NCBI GenBank assembly: GCA_963716745.1 | Contig: OY970320.1 | Span: forward strand, 1,728,001 to 1,792,000 | Direction of reading: 5' to 3' | DNA: 64,000 nucleotides | Source of the DNA: an uncultured Gemmatimonadaceae bacterium | Lineage (GTDB): Bacteria; Gemmatimonadota; Gemmatimonadetes; Gemmatimonadales; Gemmatimonadaceae | Shown: piece by piece, positions 9,702 through 20,231 of the stretch | Layout: every line of letters begins with the position of its first letter | Numbering within the stretch: the first letter of the stretch is position 1 | Position numbers and translations under genes: made by a program | Notes under the pieces: model-generated | What the model was told of the DNA's origin: nothing | The model's input: the letters and a program-made list of their open reading frames with translations, nothing else | The model's database searches: none

Positions 9702-10115
9702 CTAGTTTCGCTCGAAGTCCCAGCCGGAGGCCGGCCAATTGGTCGGCTGGCCGCGCATGAGCACCCATGTCAAGTCGCCGGCCAATCTCACGGTGATCAA
9801 GTTAGTGCCATGCCATATCGCGATGGTTCCGTGGTCGCCCGTGAAGGTCAGTGACACTCTATCACCATCGACGACGCCGCTCACCGAGAGGCTCTCAGCC
9901 GCTCGCCCTATGTCGCAGAATAGGCCGCTTCCGGTGACCACTGTCCCCTCCACGTGGAGCTGGAAGTGGAAGCAGTAGCCCGACGGGTTGAACTCGTTAG
10001 GGTCGACCCATGATCCATCGACGCGCGTCGACGCAGTCGGGTTCTCAGTGGGTGTGCTGCAAGCCATCACGACGGGGACGACGGCGGTTAGGACGGCAAC
10101 AAGAGAGAGTCGCAT
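9702..10115 (-). CDS. Hypothetical lipoprotein
   Basis: Hydrophobic N-terminus with lipobox-like VMAC; beta-rich; GAGG upstream. Confidence 0.6.
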   Translation of the reverse strand: MRLSLVAVLTAVVPVVMACSTPTENPTASTRVDGSWVDPNEFNPSGYCFHFQLHVEGTVVTGSGLFCDIGRAAESLSVSGVVDGDRVSLTFTGDHGTIAIWHGTNLITVRLAGDLTWVLMRGQPTNWPASGWDFERN

Positions 10116-10215
10116 GCGCGCCTCGAGAGGGAGGTCAGACTTATACCCGTACGACGCAGCATGTTGCCGTCGGACGCCTGCCGCAATGGTCCTCGCACAG
10201 CGCAAGCGATGCTGA

Positions 10216-11022
10216 TCAATTCGGCCGGCTCCCGAACGGCGCCGCGTACGCCGCGAGCGACCCGAGCATCTGCACCGACCACGCCGCCCATTTCTGCTGC
10301 GCCTCGGCGTTCAGTCCGTGCATGGTCTCATCGTCGTACTTCTGCTGCGTCACCCGCTCCTCATCGAACGCCGCGGCGCCGAGTGCGTCGCGCTGGGCGT
10401 CGGTCATCTTGCACGGGTGATCCACCATCATGTAGGTGCGGCGCAGCTCGCGCGAGATGATCTCGGAAATGTTGAAATGCACCTGCTCGTGCGCGAGCGC
10501 GACGGCACTCTGCATCTGGTTGCCGACGACTTCCGGCCGCACCCACGACTCGCGCGGGATGAACGCGGCGATCACGCCGTACTGGAACAGGTTTCCATCG
10601 CAACCGGAGCCGGAGATCTGCCCGACCTCCGACAGCGCGGCCTCGCGCCCCAATGGCTGCGGCGGCGCCTGGAAATCATTCCACGTGAGCGGACGCGAAG
10701 GACTCCATTCGATGCCGCCGCGCTCGGAGAGCTGGGCGCGCAGACTCGAGGCAATGCGGTCGGTCGACTGCGGGATGTTCGCGTCAGGCTCGCCACCGGC
10801 CGTGCGCGCGGGCGGGTGCGGCGGACGCGCGATCTCGTCTTCGAAGACCGCGGTCACGAGACCGGCGGTCCGCACGGGCGTGGTCTTCGCGGGCGCGGCC
10901 GGCTGCCGTGGCGCGGCGATCGAATCATGCACGGCCGCGCGCTGCTTCCGGCCGCCGGCACCGTGGCCGATGCAGGCGGCGAGAATGATCAGCGCGAAAA
11001 CGAATCGGCGAGTCGAGCGCAT
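10216..11022 (-). CDS. DUF922-like putative Zn-dependent protease, exported
   Basis: W...RPLTW.DF, SWV, HEQVHFNISE, YDDETMHG...Q..W. Confidence 0.78.
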   Translation of the reverse strand: MRSTRRFVFALIILAACIGHGAGGRKQRAAVHDSIAAPRQPAAPAKTTPVRTAGLVTAVFEDEIARPPHPPARTAGGEPDANIPQSTDRIASSLRAQLSERGGIEWSPSRPLTWNDFQAPPQPLGREAALSEVGQISGSGCDGNLFQYGVIAAFIPRESWVRPEVVGNQMQSAVALAHEQVHFNISEIISRELRRTYMMVDHPCKMTDAQRDALGAAAFDEERVTQQKYDDETMHGLNAEAQQKWAAWSVQMLGSLAAYAAPFGSRPN

Positions 11023-11033
11023 TCGCTACTATA

Positions 11034-11924
11034 CTAGACCGCTATCTCCTCAAGAAGCCTCAAGAAACTGTCGTACCGCTCCGCGCTCACGCCGCCGCTC
11101 GCCACGAGCGCCTTGAGCGCGCACCCCGGCTCGTTGATGTGCCGGCAGTCGTTGAACTTGCACTTCCCCAATGCTGGCCGGAATTCGGGAAAGCACTCCG
11201 CGAGACTCGTCGCGTCCACGCCCCAGATCCCAACTTCGCGAAGTCCCGGAGTGTCCACCACATACCCGCCGTCGGGCAGAGGATGCATGAGCGCGCCTAC
11301 CGTAGTATGGCGGCCCTTGTTCACGGATTCGCTGATCTCGCCAACTCGAAGGTTCAATCCGGGATAGATCGCGTTCATCAGCGATGACTTCCCCACTCCC
11401 GACGGTCCCGTGAGCGCTGAGACTCGCCCGGCGAGCACAGCGCCGAGCTCCTCGAGGCCGAGTCGTTTCTTCACGCTCGTGTAGTGCACGGGATACCCTG
11501 CCCGCTCGTAATCCGCGAACTGCTCGTCCGCCCGCGGATCGAGATCCACCTTGTTGATCACGATCCGCGCGGGAATCCCGTTCGACTCAGCGATCACCAG
11601 GAACCGGTCGAGCATCCGACGGTGCGGCTCGGGCTTCACCACGGCGAACACCACCACCACCTGATCGACGTTCGCGACTACCACGCGCGACTGGTACCGG
11701 TTGCCCGGCGCGCGGCGCGTGAGCGCCGAGTGCCGCGGCTTGATCTCCGAGATCGCCGGCGAACTCGCGAGGTCGAGCATCACCTCGTCGCCCACGGACA
11801 ACTTCAGTCCGTCGCCTTCCTTGAGCCGCCCGCGCATGCTCGCCTCATGCACTACGCCCGCCGTATCGCGCACCTGCCACACACCGCCGGTGCCGCTCAG
11901 CACGCGGCCCGCGACCTCGGTCAC
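11034..11924 (-). CDS. rsgA: Ribosome small subunit-dependent GTPase A
   Basis: ANVDQ, NKVDL, GPSGVGKSS, GRHTT, DTPG, CKFNDCRH..EPGC zinc finger. Confidence 0.97.
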   Translation of the reverse strand: MTEVAGRVLSGTGGVWQVRDTAGVVHEASMRGRLKEGDGLKLSVGDEVMLDLASSPAISEIKPRHSALTRRAPGNRYQSRVVVANVDQVVVVFAVVKPEPHRRMLDRFLVIAESNGIPARIVINKVDLDPRADEQFADYERAGYPVHYTSVKKRLGLEELGAVLAGRVSALTGPSGVGKSSLMNAIYPGLNLRVGEISESVNKGRHTTVGALMHPLPDGGYVVDTPGLREVGIWGVDATSLAECFPEFRPALGKCKFNDCRHINEPGCALKALVASGGVSAERYDSFLRLLEEIAV

Positions 11925-12307
11925 TTCTCGCCCTCAGGTGCGATGTCCCAATACGGGATGTCATTCGCGGGCCCGCGGTCAGCGATCGCCTGATCGAGCA
12001 GCCGCTTCGCCTCGTCGATCTTGAGCGCGCCCACCTTCGCGCGCGCCTCGGCCTCGGTGCGGCCTCGCGCCAGGTAATCTGTTTCGCGATGTCCGGTCAC
12101 CCGCGGCTCGCCGCGGCTCCAGCGCACGAACACGAAGTACGCGGCGTAACTCGCGCGCGGATCCTCCGTCTCGTCCACGTCGATCTCCACGGTGTAACTG
12201 AGACCGTCGCTCCCTTCGAATCCCGCGGGGCGGTCGTGCACCGCCATCCAGCCGCCGATCGTGCTGTCGTCGCCCTTCGAATGGTCCGGCGGTAGATGAC
12301 GACCCAC
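11921..12307 (-). CDS. Hypothetical protein
   Basis: Sits between PRODH and rsgA, overlapping the rsgA start; plausible globular sequence. Confidence 0.7.
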   Translation of the reverse strand: MGRHLPPDHSKGDDSTIGGWMAVHDRPAGFEGSDGLSYTVEIDVDETEDPRASYAAYFVFVRWSRGEPRVTGHRETDYLARGRTEAEARAKVGALKIDEAKRLLDQAIADRGPANDIPYWDIAPEGEK

Positions 12308-12310
12308 GCG

Positions 12311-13249
12311 CTATTTCTTCCTCCGGCCGAGCGCTTCGCGCATCACGCTGCCCATGATGAACGCGAGATTCGCGGGACGCTCCGCCAGCCGGCGCATGAG
12401 ATACGGATACCACTGCGTCCCGAAGGGAACGTAGACGCGCATGCGATACCCCTGGCGCACGTTCTCCTCCTGCAGATCGCGCCGCACGCCATAGAGCATC
12501 TGGAACTCGTAGCGGTCCGGGCCGATATGCTGCTCCTTCGCATACCGCTTCGCCTCTTCGATGATCGTCTCGTCGTGCGTCGCAAGACCGGGATAATTCC
12601 CCTCTTTCATGAGTGACTGCATGCAGCGTACGTAGTTCGCATCCACATCGGCCTTCAGCGGATAGGCGACGGTGGCAGGCTCCTGGTATGCGCCCTTGCA
12701 GATGCGCACCCGCGCGCCGAGCGTGATCGCGCGTTTCACGTCGGCCTCGGTGCGGAAGAGATAGCTCTGCAGCACGATCCCAACCTCGGCCTGGAATCCC
12801 GGGTACAGTTTCTCCTCGAACATCTTGAGCGTGCGCTCGGTGTAGTCACTCCCCTCCATGTCGAGCCGCACGAACGTGCCGTACTGCTTGGCGCGCGTGA
12901 GGATGCCGCGCATGATCTCCACGCACAGTGCCTCCGAGATGTCGAGCCCCATTTGCGTGAGCTTCACGCTCACGTTCGCATCGAGCTTCTCCTTATTGAT
13001 GCGGTCGAGCATCTCGAGATACTGCGCGCTCGCGGCGCGCGCCTCGGCCTCGTTGGTCACGCTCTCGCCGAGCAGGTCGAGCGAGGCTGTGATCTTCTTG
13101 GCGTTCAACGCGCGAACCGCCTCGATGGCGGTGTCGAGCGTCTCACCGGCAACGAAGCGGTTCGCGAATTTCTTGGCGAGCCCGTTGTTCCGAACGAAAC
13201 GGAAGATCGTGGGCTGATTGGACAGATAGAGGAACGTGGAACGCAGCAT
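12311..13249 (-). CDS. Monofunctional proline dehydrogenase
   Basis: RFVAGE, DLLGE, SVKLTQ, RLDME, KGAY, ATHD, FQMLYG, YLMRRLAERP. Confidence 0.96.
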   Translation of the reverse strand: MLRSTFLYLSNQPTIFRFVRNNGLAKKFANRFVAGETLDTAIEAVRALNAKKITASLDLLGESVTNEAEARAASAQYLEMLDRINKEKLDANVSVKLTQMGLDISEALCVEIMRGILTRAKQYGTFVRLDMEGSDYTERTLKMFEEKLYPGFQAEVGIVLQSYLFRTEADVKRAITLGARVRICKGAYQEPATVAYPLKADVDANYVRCMQSLMKEGNYPGLATHDETIIEEAKRYAKEQHIGPDRYEFQMLYGVRRDLQEENVRQGYRMRVYVPFGTQWYPYLMRRLAERPANLAFIMGSVMREALGRRKK

Positions 13250-13301
13250 TCAACGTGTGTCGGTGGCGGGAATGGGCGCGAAGCTGACGGAAGCTAGACG
13301 G

Positions 13302-14969
13302 CTACCGCGCATCGTTCAATCCGCCGCTCGCACCCGGAATGCGCCACACCGGGAAGGTGAACCCCGGGGCAATGGCCGCGTCGAAGAAATTCCACGTGAC
13401 GAGTCCGTCGTCGCTCTCCGGCTCGAGCAAGTAGAACGCGACCACGCCAAGCGGCTGCGCGCTCTTCACGATCATGCTGCCGGCGGGGAGTGTGGTGACC
13501 GTGTCGCGCCACTTGCCGAAGACGGTTGTTTCGTGATGCCCCTGGAAGGGACGCTCGGCGTGATGGACGCTGTCGATCACGTAGCGCTGCACCGTGCCGG
13601 ACCACGCGGCGGCGAGCGGCTCGAGGCGCACGCCGTGCATCTTGAGCACGCGCGTCATCGCGCTGTCGCCCACCGGAATGGCGTATGCGTACGGCATCTT
13701 CTTCGTGAGCGTGGCCTCGAAGGCGATGTACACCGGCATCATCTGCGAGCGGAAATGGCCGGTGCGTTTGAGCCCCCGCGGGACGCCGGGCTGCGTAAGC
13801 GATGAGTCGCCTGTCTTCACGAGGTCTTCGGCGACCACGACCTCTTCGAGCGGCGACCGCGAGAGCGAAGAGCGCAATGCGAGTGCGGGCGCCGTGCCCG
13901 GTGATGCGCCCCAGGCGACGACGGCGGAATCGGCGCGCTTGGAGAGTGCGGTGAGCGTCTTGCCGTGCGCCGCTGCGTACGAGAGGATCTGTTGCACGAA
14001 CGCGTACATCGTGGCGACGCGACGTTCGAACGGATCGTGCGAGTAACCTTCCACCAGGATCGCGACGCGGCCGCGCAGGCCCACGTAGTTCGTGCCGAAG
14101 CGCGGGCGCGAATCGTAGGTGTACCAACCCTGCTTGATCGTGTCGGCGTTCACGTCGGTGCCGTAGTCGAGCGAGAAGTTGCCGTAGTCGAAGGTCGCGA
14201 CGTTCATCGCGCTCAAGTTCTTCTTGATGGCCGGCAGCATGGAGTCACGCGCGTACGGGCCGCCAAAGGTCGCGGCGGGATTGAGCGACGGCGCGTACGT
14301 GACGGCGTAGCCATGGAAGGAGCCGTCGGTCGTGTGGAGGTCCACGAACACATCTGGATCCCACGCGTTGAGCACCGCGAGCGAGGCGCGTGTCTCGGGC
14401 GTCTCCCCCTTCACGTAGTCGCGATTGAGATCGAGTCCCTGCCCGTTCGGCCGCTGGCCCACCGTTTCCGGTCCGTTCTGTTCCGTGCGATTCACCGATT
14501 GCGGCGCCCACTTCTCATTGCCGTCGGCGTTGTAGATGGGGACCGCGAGCAGCACGATGGAGTCGAGGACGTTCTTGTTCCCGTCTCTCTCGATGTCGCG
14601 GATCAGCGCGAGCAGCGCCTCTTTCCCTTCCACCTCGCCGGCGTGGATGTTCGCCTGCACGTACACGATGGGGCGGCCGAGTGCTTTCGCTTCGGCTGGC
14701 GAGTTCACGAGCGGCCGGGAGAGGACGACCATCGGGATCGCGAGTCCGCCGGTGCTCATGCCGATCGTGGTGCGATACATCGGCACGCCCTGTTTCTGGA
14801 GCGTGTCGAGGAACGCGATCACATCTGAATAGTGCGATGTCTCGAGATAATTCGTGGCCTCGGCGCGCGTGCGCGGCGATCCGGCGGGCGCGGGCTTAGC
14901 GCCGGGCGCAGCCGGTGCGCCGCAAGCCGCGATCAACGCAGCGCCTGCGAGAACGAGCGCGCGCTTCAC
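13302..14969 (-). CDS. M14 zinc carboxypeptidase-like lipoprotein
   Basis: IAAC lipobox; NIHAGEVEG, NADG, DLNRD, DLHTT. Confidence 0.9.
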   Translation of the reverse strand: MKRALVLAGAALIAACGAPAAPGAKPAPAGSPRTRAEATNYLETSHYSDVIAFLDTLQKQGVPMYRTTIGMSTGGLAIPMVVLSRPLVNSPAEAKALGRPIVYVQANIHAGEVEGKEALLALIRDIERDGNKNVLDSIVLLAVPIYNADGNEKWAPQSVNRTEQNGPETVGQRPNGQGLDLNRDYVKGETPETRASLAVLNAWDPDVFVDLHTTDGSFHGYAVTYAPSLNPAATFGGPYARDSMLPAIKKNLSAMNVATFDYGNFSLDYGTDVNADTIKQGWYTYDSRPRFGTNYVGLRGRVAILVEGYSHDPFERRVATMYAFVQQILSYAAAHGKTLTALSKRADSAVVAWGASPGTAPALALRSSLSRSPLEEVVVAEDLVKTGDSSLTQPGVPRGLKRTGHFRSQMMPVYIAFEATLTKKMPYAYAIPVGDSAMTRVLKMHGVRLEPLAAAWSGTVQRYVIDSVHHAERPFQGHHETTVFGKWRDTVTTLPAGSMIVKSAQPLGVVAFYLLEPESDDGLVTWNFFDAAIAPGFTFPVWRIPGASGGLNDAR

Positions 14970-17158
14970 TTGGCCACCAGCGTGCGATCGAGGAAGTCCG
15001 TCATCATAGTGAAAAGATGCACTTGTGTATTGCCTCCCGATATCGAATGCGTGCGTCCAGGATACATCATCAGTTCGAATTGCGTGCCCTGCGCTTCGAG
15101 GGCGTTCACCATCCAGAGCGTGTTCTGCGGATGCACGTTGTCGTCCCCAGTGCCGGTCACGATGAGCAAGCGGGCAGAAAGCCCGCTCGTGTACGTGAGG
15201 ACGGAACTGTTCTTGTAGCCGTCAGGATTCGCCGCGGGCGTGCGCATGTATCGCTCCGTCCAAATATCATCGTACAGCCGGAAGTCGATGACCGGCGCCA
15301 CCGCGATGCCGCTCCTGAACACGCTGCCGCCGCGGCTCGTGGTGATCGCCGTGAGGAAGCCGCCGCCGCTCCATCCCCACATGGCGATGCGCGCTGAATC
15401 CGCCCACGGCTGCTTCGCGATCCACTTGGCCGCGTCTATCTGATCGAGCGACTCCTGCTGGCCGATCTTCAGGTACATGCTGTGGCGGAACGCCGAGCCG
15501 CGAGCGCCGGTGCCACGATTGTCGACGCTGATCACGACGTAGCCTTTGCGCGCGAGATATTGGTGCCAAAGCTCGCGCTTTCCGCCGAAGGCGTTCACCA
15601 CGGTTTGCGAATTGGGGCCGCCGTAGACGTACATGAGCACCGGATGCGGCTTCGTGCTGTCGAAGTCGGGTGCCACGATGCGGAAGGCGTTGAGCTTCAC
15701 GCCGTCGGGCATCGCGATCTGGAAGAACGACTGCGGCTTGGTCTGCCGCGCGAGATTGGCGCGGAGAGCGGCGTTGCTCTCGAGCACGCGCTTCGCCGCG
15801 AGCGACGGGAGTTCGCGCAGCGTCGCCGCGGGCGGCAGGCCGGCGGCGGAGTGGGTATCGACGAACCAGCGACCGTTCGGCGAGATGCTTACCGTGTGCG
15901 TGCCGGGCTCCGCGGTGATGCGAACGCGCTCGGGCTTCCTCGTGAGCGCGTAGCTGAACACCTGCCGCTCCATCGCGTTCGGCGCGGCTTCCGTGATGAA
16001 CATCTCGCCGGTCTTCGCGGAGATGCCGGACACCGACTCGGCATCCGATCCGTCGGGCGTGATGGCGCGCACCGGCGTGCCGTCGCGCATGTAGAGATAG
16101 TAGCGACGCCAACCGCTCCGCTCGCTCGGCCAGAGGAACATCTTGCCGCCCGCGAGCCAGTGCGGCGCGCTTCGGTCGAGCTCCACCCATGCCGAGTCCG
16201 TCTCGATGAGCACGCGCCGTGGAAGGCCGGTCGTCGCACTCACGATGAGGAGATCGATGCGATTCTGCCAGCGGGACATGCGCTGCACGGACAGCGAATC
16301 GTTGCCTACCCATTCGACCGTCGCGAGATACCCGGCTTCGTTCTCGGTCTGCATCCATACCGTGTGCGCGTTCCCGACGTCCACGACACCGGCCTTTACG
16401 ATGGAGTTGGAGTCGCCGGGCTGCGGGTAGCGGACCGGGAATACTCTCGCATGCACCTCGCGATCGTCGAGGAGCGGGTACTGGGGCACAGGACTCACAT
16501 CGAACCGGTAGAACGCGATGCGCTTGCTGTCGGGGCTCCAGCGGAATCCATCGCGCAGCCCGAGTTCTTCCTCGTACACCCAGTCGCTCGTGCCATTGAT
16601 GATCGTGTTCGATCCATCGCTCGTGAGCGCACGCTCGGCGCCAGTCGCGAGCGTGACGACGAAGAGATTGTTGCCGCGCACGAAAGCGGCGTCTTTTCCG
16701 TCGGGGGAGAACTTGGCGAACATCTGGTAGCCGGGCTTCGAGGAGAGTGGCGTGAGCTTCTTGCTCGCGAAGTCGAGCACGTGATAGTAGCCCTTCGTGT
16801 TGAGGCGCCACACGCGCGCACTGTTGTGGTAGATGAGCGCCTTGGATGCGTCGTCGGAGAACGTGACGCCCTCGACCGCGAGGCGTTGTCCCGCGGAGTC
16901 CACGAGCAGCGAGGCCTCGGCGAGCACCGTCGCAGCGCCGGTCGCGGCGTCGACGCGCACGATGTCCGATCCGCCGGCAGGGTTCGCGCGCGTCGTCACC
17001 CACGCGGTACCGTCGGCGAGCCAGTGGATGTCCGGCATCGTCGCACCGTTGAAATCATTGCCTCCAAAGATCCCCGCGATCGAGAGATCGGGCGCGGCGG
17101 CCTGCTGCGCGCCAAGCGGGAGGGCGAGGGCGATCAGAATTAGAGAGCGGAGTCGCAT
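14966..17158 (-). CDS. S9B dipeptidyl peptidase IV family protein
   Basis: DWVYEEE, WSPD, YGGP, GWSGGG nucleophile, DDNVH, His in RTHSI. Confidence 0.95.
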   Translation of the reverse strand: MRLRSLILIALALPLGAQQAAAPDLSIAGIFGGNDFNGATMPDIHWLADGTAWVTTRANPAGGSDIVRVDAATGAATVLAEASLLVDSAGQRLAVEGVTFSDDASKALIYHNSARVWRLNTKGYYHVLDFASKKLTPLSSKPGYQMFAKFSPDGKDAAFVRGNNLFVVTLATGAERALTSDGSNTIINGTSDWVYEEELGLRDGFRWSPDSKRIAFYRFDVSPVPQYPLLDDREVHARVFPVRYPQPGDSNSIVKAGVVDVGNAHTVWMQTENEAGYLATVEWVGNDSLSVQRMSRWQNRIDLLIVSATTGLPRRVLIETDSAWVELDRSAPHWLAGGKMFLWPSERSGWRRYYLYMRDGTPVRAITPDGSDAESVSGISAKTGEMFITEAAPNAMERQVFSYALTRKPERVRITAEPGTHTVSISPNGRWFVDTHSAAGLPPAATLRELPSLAAKRVLESNAALRANLARQTKPQSFFQIAMPDGVKLNAFRIVAPDFDSTKPHPVLMYVYGGPNSQTVVNAFGGKRELWHQYLARKGYVVISVDNRGTGARGSAFRHSMYLKIGQQESLDQIDAAKWIAKQPWADSARIAMWGWSGGGFLTAITTSRGGSVFRSGIAVAPVIDFRLYDDIWTERYMRTPAANPDGYKNSSVLTYTSGLSARLLIVTGTGDDNVHPQNTLWMVNALEAQGTQFELMMYPGRTHSISGGNTQVHLFTMMTDFLDRTLVAK

Positions 17159-17267
17159 CGAGGCGTCGGCTTGCGGCTGAAGGAGGGTGAAAGTCTATTC
17201 AAGGGAGTGGTGCGCGGCCAGCGGCGGGCTGAGTTTCCGCCCCCCGGACTCGTCCCGGAGACCTAAC

Positions 17268-17831
17268 ATGCGATACTTGGCGCTCGCGCTTTTTCTTTTG
17301 CCCGCCAGCGACGCCTATTGCGCCGGATCCATGGAGCCGCTGTATGTGCACGCCGACGCGGTCATGGATACGTCGATCGTTGGGAATTGGATCAGAATGC
17401 GTGACTCGACGCACACCGACTCCATGGTGGTCAAGCTCGGCAACCCCCGCGACTCAGCGTATCGCGTGACGACTCTCGGCGATAACGGCGAAGAGCAGCA
17501 GCACGACGTCCATCTGATGCGTATCGCCGGGCTCACCGTCGCCGACATCTATACGGATCACGTAGCCGCCTTCGCCCTTTCGGTTCACGGCATCGTGTTC
17601 GTCCGGCTGGGCCGCGACCGGATCACCCTGTACTCGGTCGACACCGACTGGTTGCAGAAATATTCAGCGGCGCATCCGAAGGACATACACTTCACAGTTA
17701 CCCAGGGGATCGCGCTGTTCAGCGACAGCGCCGCCCACGTGCGCGCCTTCATCGCGAAGCAGGGCAACTCTGGGCTGCGGTCGTCGGATTCATCGACATA
17801 CGTTCGCGCGCCCGCACCGGGCAGCCGCTGA
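17268..17831 (+). CDS. Hypothetical exported protein
   Basis: GGAG upstream of MRYLALALFLL signal peptide; similarity not recognised. Confidence 0.65.
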   Translation: MRYLALALFLLPASDAYCAGSMEPLYVHADAVMDTSIVGNWIRMRDSTHTDSMVVKLGNPRDSAYRVTTLGDNGEEQQHDVHLMRIAGLTVADIYTDHVAAFALSVHGIVFVRLGRDRITLYSVDTDWLQKYSAAHPKDIHFTVTQGIALFSDSAAHVRAFIAKQGNSGLRSSDSSTYVRAPAPGSR

Positions 17832-17855
17832 CCACCTCACTTCGGAATTGAGCCT

Positions 17856-18383
17856 ATGCCTACCTCGACTCCTTCCCGCCCCGCCGCTGGCGAATTCTTC
17901 GAGTATTACGGCAAGTACATCGCGCTCGTACCCGACGGCGATGTGCGCGGGCATATCGAGCATCAACTTTCGGATACGGTCGCGTACATCAAGTCACGCC
18001 CCGAGTCGTGGGCGATGTCGCGCTACGCGCCGGGCAAGTGGAGCGTGAAGGAAGTGATCGGCCATTTGGCAGATGCGGAGCGGATCTTCGCCTACCGCGC
18101 GCTGCGCATCGCGCGCGGCGACGCCACAGCGCTCGCGGGCTTCGACGAGAACGCGTATGTGCCGGTCGGGAAGTTCGACGTGCGCGAGACGCAGGAGCTG
18201 CTCGAGGAATTCGCCGCGACGCGCGCCGCGACGATCGCGATGTTCCGCGGCTTCGATGACGCCGCGTGGGCCCGCACCGGCAACGCGAGCGGGCATGCGA
18301 TCAGCGTGCGGGCATTGGCGTACATCATCGCGGGGCACGAACGGCATCATCTCGCCATTCTGCGCGATCGGTATTCCCAATAG
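17856..18383 (+). CDS. DinB/YfiT family protein
   Basis: YAPGKWSVKEVIGHL.D.ERIF.YRAL...AGHERHH. Confidence 0.9.
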   Translation: MPTSTPSRPAAGEFFEYYGKYIALVPDGDVRGHIEHQLSDTVAYIKSRPESWAMSRYAPGKWSVKEVIGHLADAERIFAYRALRIARGDATALAGFDENAYVPVGKFDVRETQELLEEFAATRAATIAMFRGFDDAAWARTGNASGHAISVRALAYIIAGHERHHLAILRDRYSQ

Positions 18384-18389
18384 CGCTTG

Positions 18390-18547
18390 TAGGCCTTAGT
18401 ACCGCTGAAAGGGCGCGTCTGGCAACTGAGCGTATGGTACAGCTCGGCGGGAGTGGGGCCCACTTCCGCCGAGCCGTACCATACGCTCAGTTGCTAAACG
18501 CGCTGTTTCAGTGGTACTAGGGCCTAAACGCGCTGTTTCAGTGGTAC
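18390..18547. repeat. Long palindrome (68-bp arms, 18390-18526) plus 30-nt-period direct repeat (18494-18517 and 18524-18547)
   Basis: Arms match at 60/68; ctaaacgcgctgtttcagtggtac occurs twice. Confidence 0.92.
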
Positions 18548-18565
18548 CAGCAACAACGTTCGTAG

Positions 18566-20231
18566 TTAGCGTCTCAGCTTATTCGCCATTGAGTCCGCGA
18601 TCGACCCCGCGAGCCGCTCCGTGAGTTCTTTCAGCTCGTCCGACCGTTGCCGCACCTTGCGTACGAAAAATGTTCGCGCCGTGGCGTACGCCGCCGCCAC
18701 CAGCCCGCCCGCGATCGCGAACGTCGCGAGGAACGAATGCGTCGCCCCGATCGTGATCCCGATCGACGCGCCGCCGAAGCCGCCGCCGAAACCGCCGACG
18801 ATCCCGCCGAATAGTTCACCGGCCAGCGGGCCCATCCGTTCCTCCGCCCGGATCGTCGTGAAGCCCCCGCGCACGCTGATCGTGATCATCGCTTTGCGTT
18901 TCGGGTGCGTCGACACCCACGTGAGCGAACGCCCCACGCTGTTCACTTGCCCCACATCGCCGAGCTGCCGACGGATGATCTCGATGACGATGTCGTAGTC
19001 ATTGGCGTCCACTTCGCCGGGGATCTTCGCTTCGTACATGAGTGACATTGGCGCGCCCGCCCAGAATCCGGACGGCGATGGGTGCGCCTCCACCGGGACG
19101 ACCGCGCTCGCGCTGCCTGCCTCCGGCGCGGCTGGTGTGATGCCCAGATCTTCGAGCGCGCGCGACACGTACTGCCCCGAGATCCCCGCCTCGAGCGCCG
19201 CCGACCGTACGTTCGCGAGCGCGTAGCCGGTCGTGAGCGGCGATCCCTTCGCCGGCGCGGGAGGCGCGACCGTCGGCGGCACCATCGCCCCCGTGAGCGC
19301 TTGCAGTTCCGATGCGCGCTTCCACACCGCCTCCGCCTCGGAAGCGGATAGCACGCGCGGCGCCGCGGCCGGCGCGTCGATCCCCGGATCGGCGAGCACC
19401 GACTCGATCGCGCGCGCCATATCGCTTCCCGTGGGGTAGCGCATCATCGGCTCGCGCATCAGGCACCGGTCCACCACGGCCGCCAGCGCGGCCGGAACGT
19501 GCGGCGCCACCGACTTGAGCGACGGCGCGCGCTTGGTCACGTGCGACACCAGCACCGCGCTCGCCGTCTCGCTGTCGAACGGGAACGATCCAGAGAGCGC
19601 AAGGAATCCCACCACGCCGAGCGCATAGAGATCGGTGCGGCCGTCCAGCTTCTCCCCGGACACCTGCTCGGGCGACATGTAATGCACGGTGCCGAGCACG
19701 TGACCCGTGGCCGTGAGCGGCGCGGCGTCCGCCACGCGCGCGATCCCGAAATCGGTGACCATCGCGCGGCCGGTGCCGTGCTCCAGCAGGATGTTCTCCG
19801 CTTTCACGTCACGATGGATCACGCCGTGCGCGTGCGCGTATCCCAGCGCCAGCGCCACGTCGCGCAGATAGTTCGCGGCCTCGCGCGCACTCAGCGGTCC
19901 GTACGCTTTCACCTTCTCCGCGAGCGATTCGCCATTCACATACGCCATCGCGAAGTACACGAAGCCGCCTGTCTCGTCGGCACGGTAGATAGACACGATG
20001 TTCGGAATGCGAGAGCAATGCTGCCGTGCGCGCCTCACGCAGGAAACGGTCGCGCGTCGCCGCATCCTGCATGTGCCGCGGCAGCGTCTTGATCGCGACG
20101 TGCCGCGCGAGCTTCTCATCGCGCGCGAGGTACACCACGCCCATCCCGCCGCGCCCGATCTCCCGCTCGAGCGCGTACTGCCCTGCGAGTGCCGCCGCGA
20201 GTTCGGTGAACTCCGACGTCGTCGCCGTCAT
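18566..20231 (-). CDS. Hanks-type Ser/Thr kinase with C-terminal Gly-rich membrane hairpin; +1 frameshift near 20006
   Basis: [13 protein letters not shown] in one frame; HPNIV restored by deleting one [17 protein letters not shown] in the other frame. Confidence 0.9.

Noticed and set aside
18494..18547. Mini-CRISPR or att site from the 24-bp direct repeat
   Set aside because: Only two copies 6 nt apart, part of a palindrome arm, and no integrase nearby.
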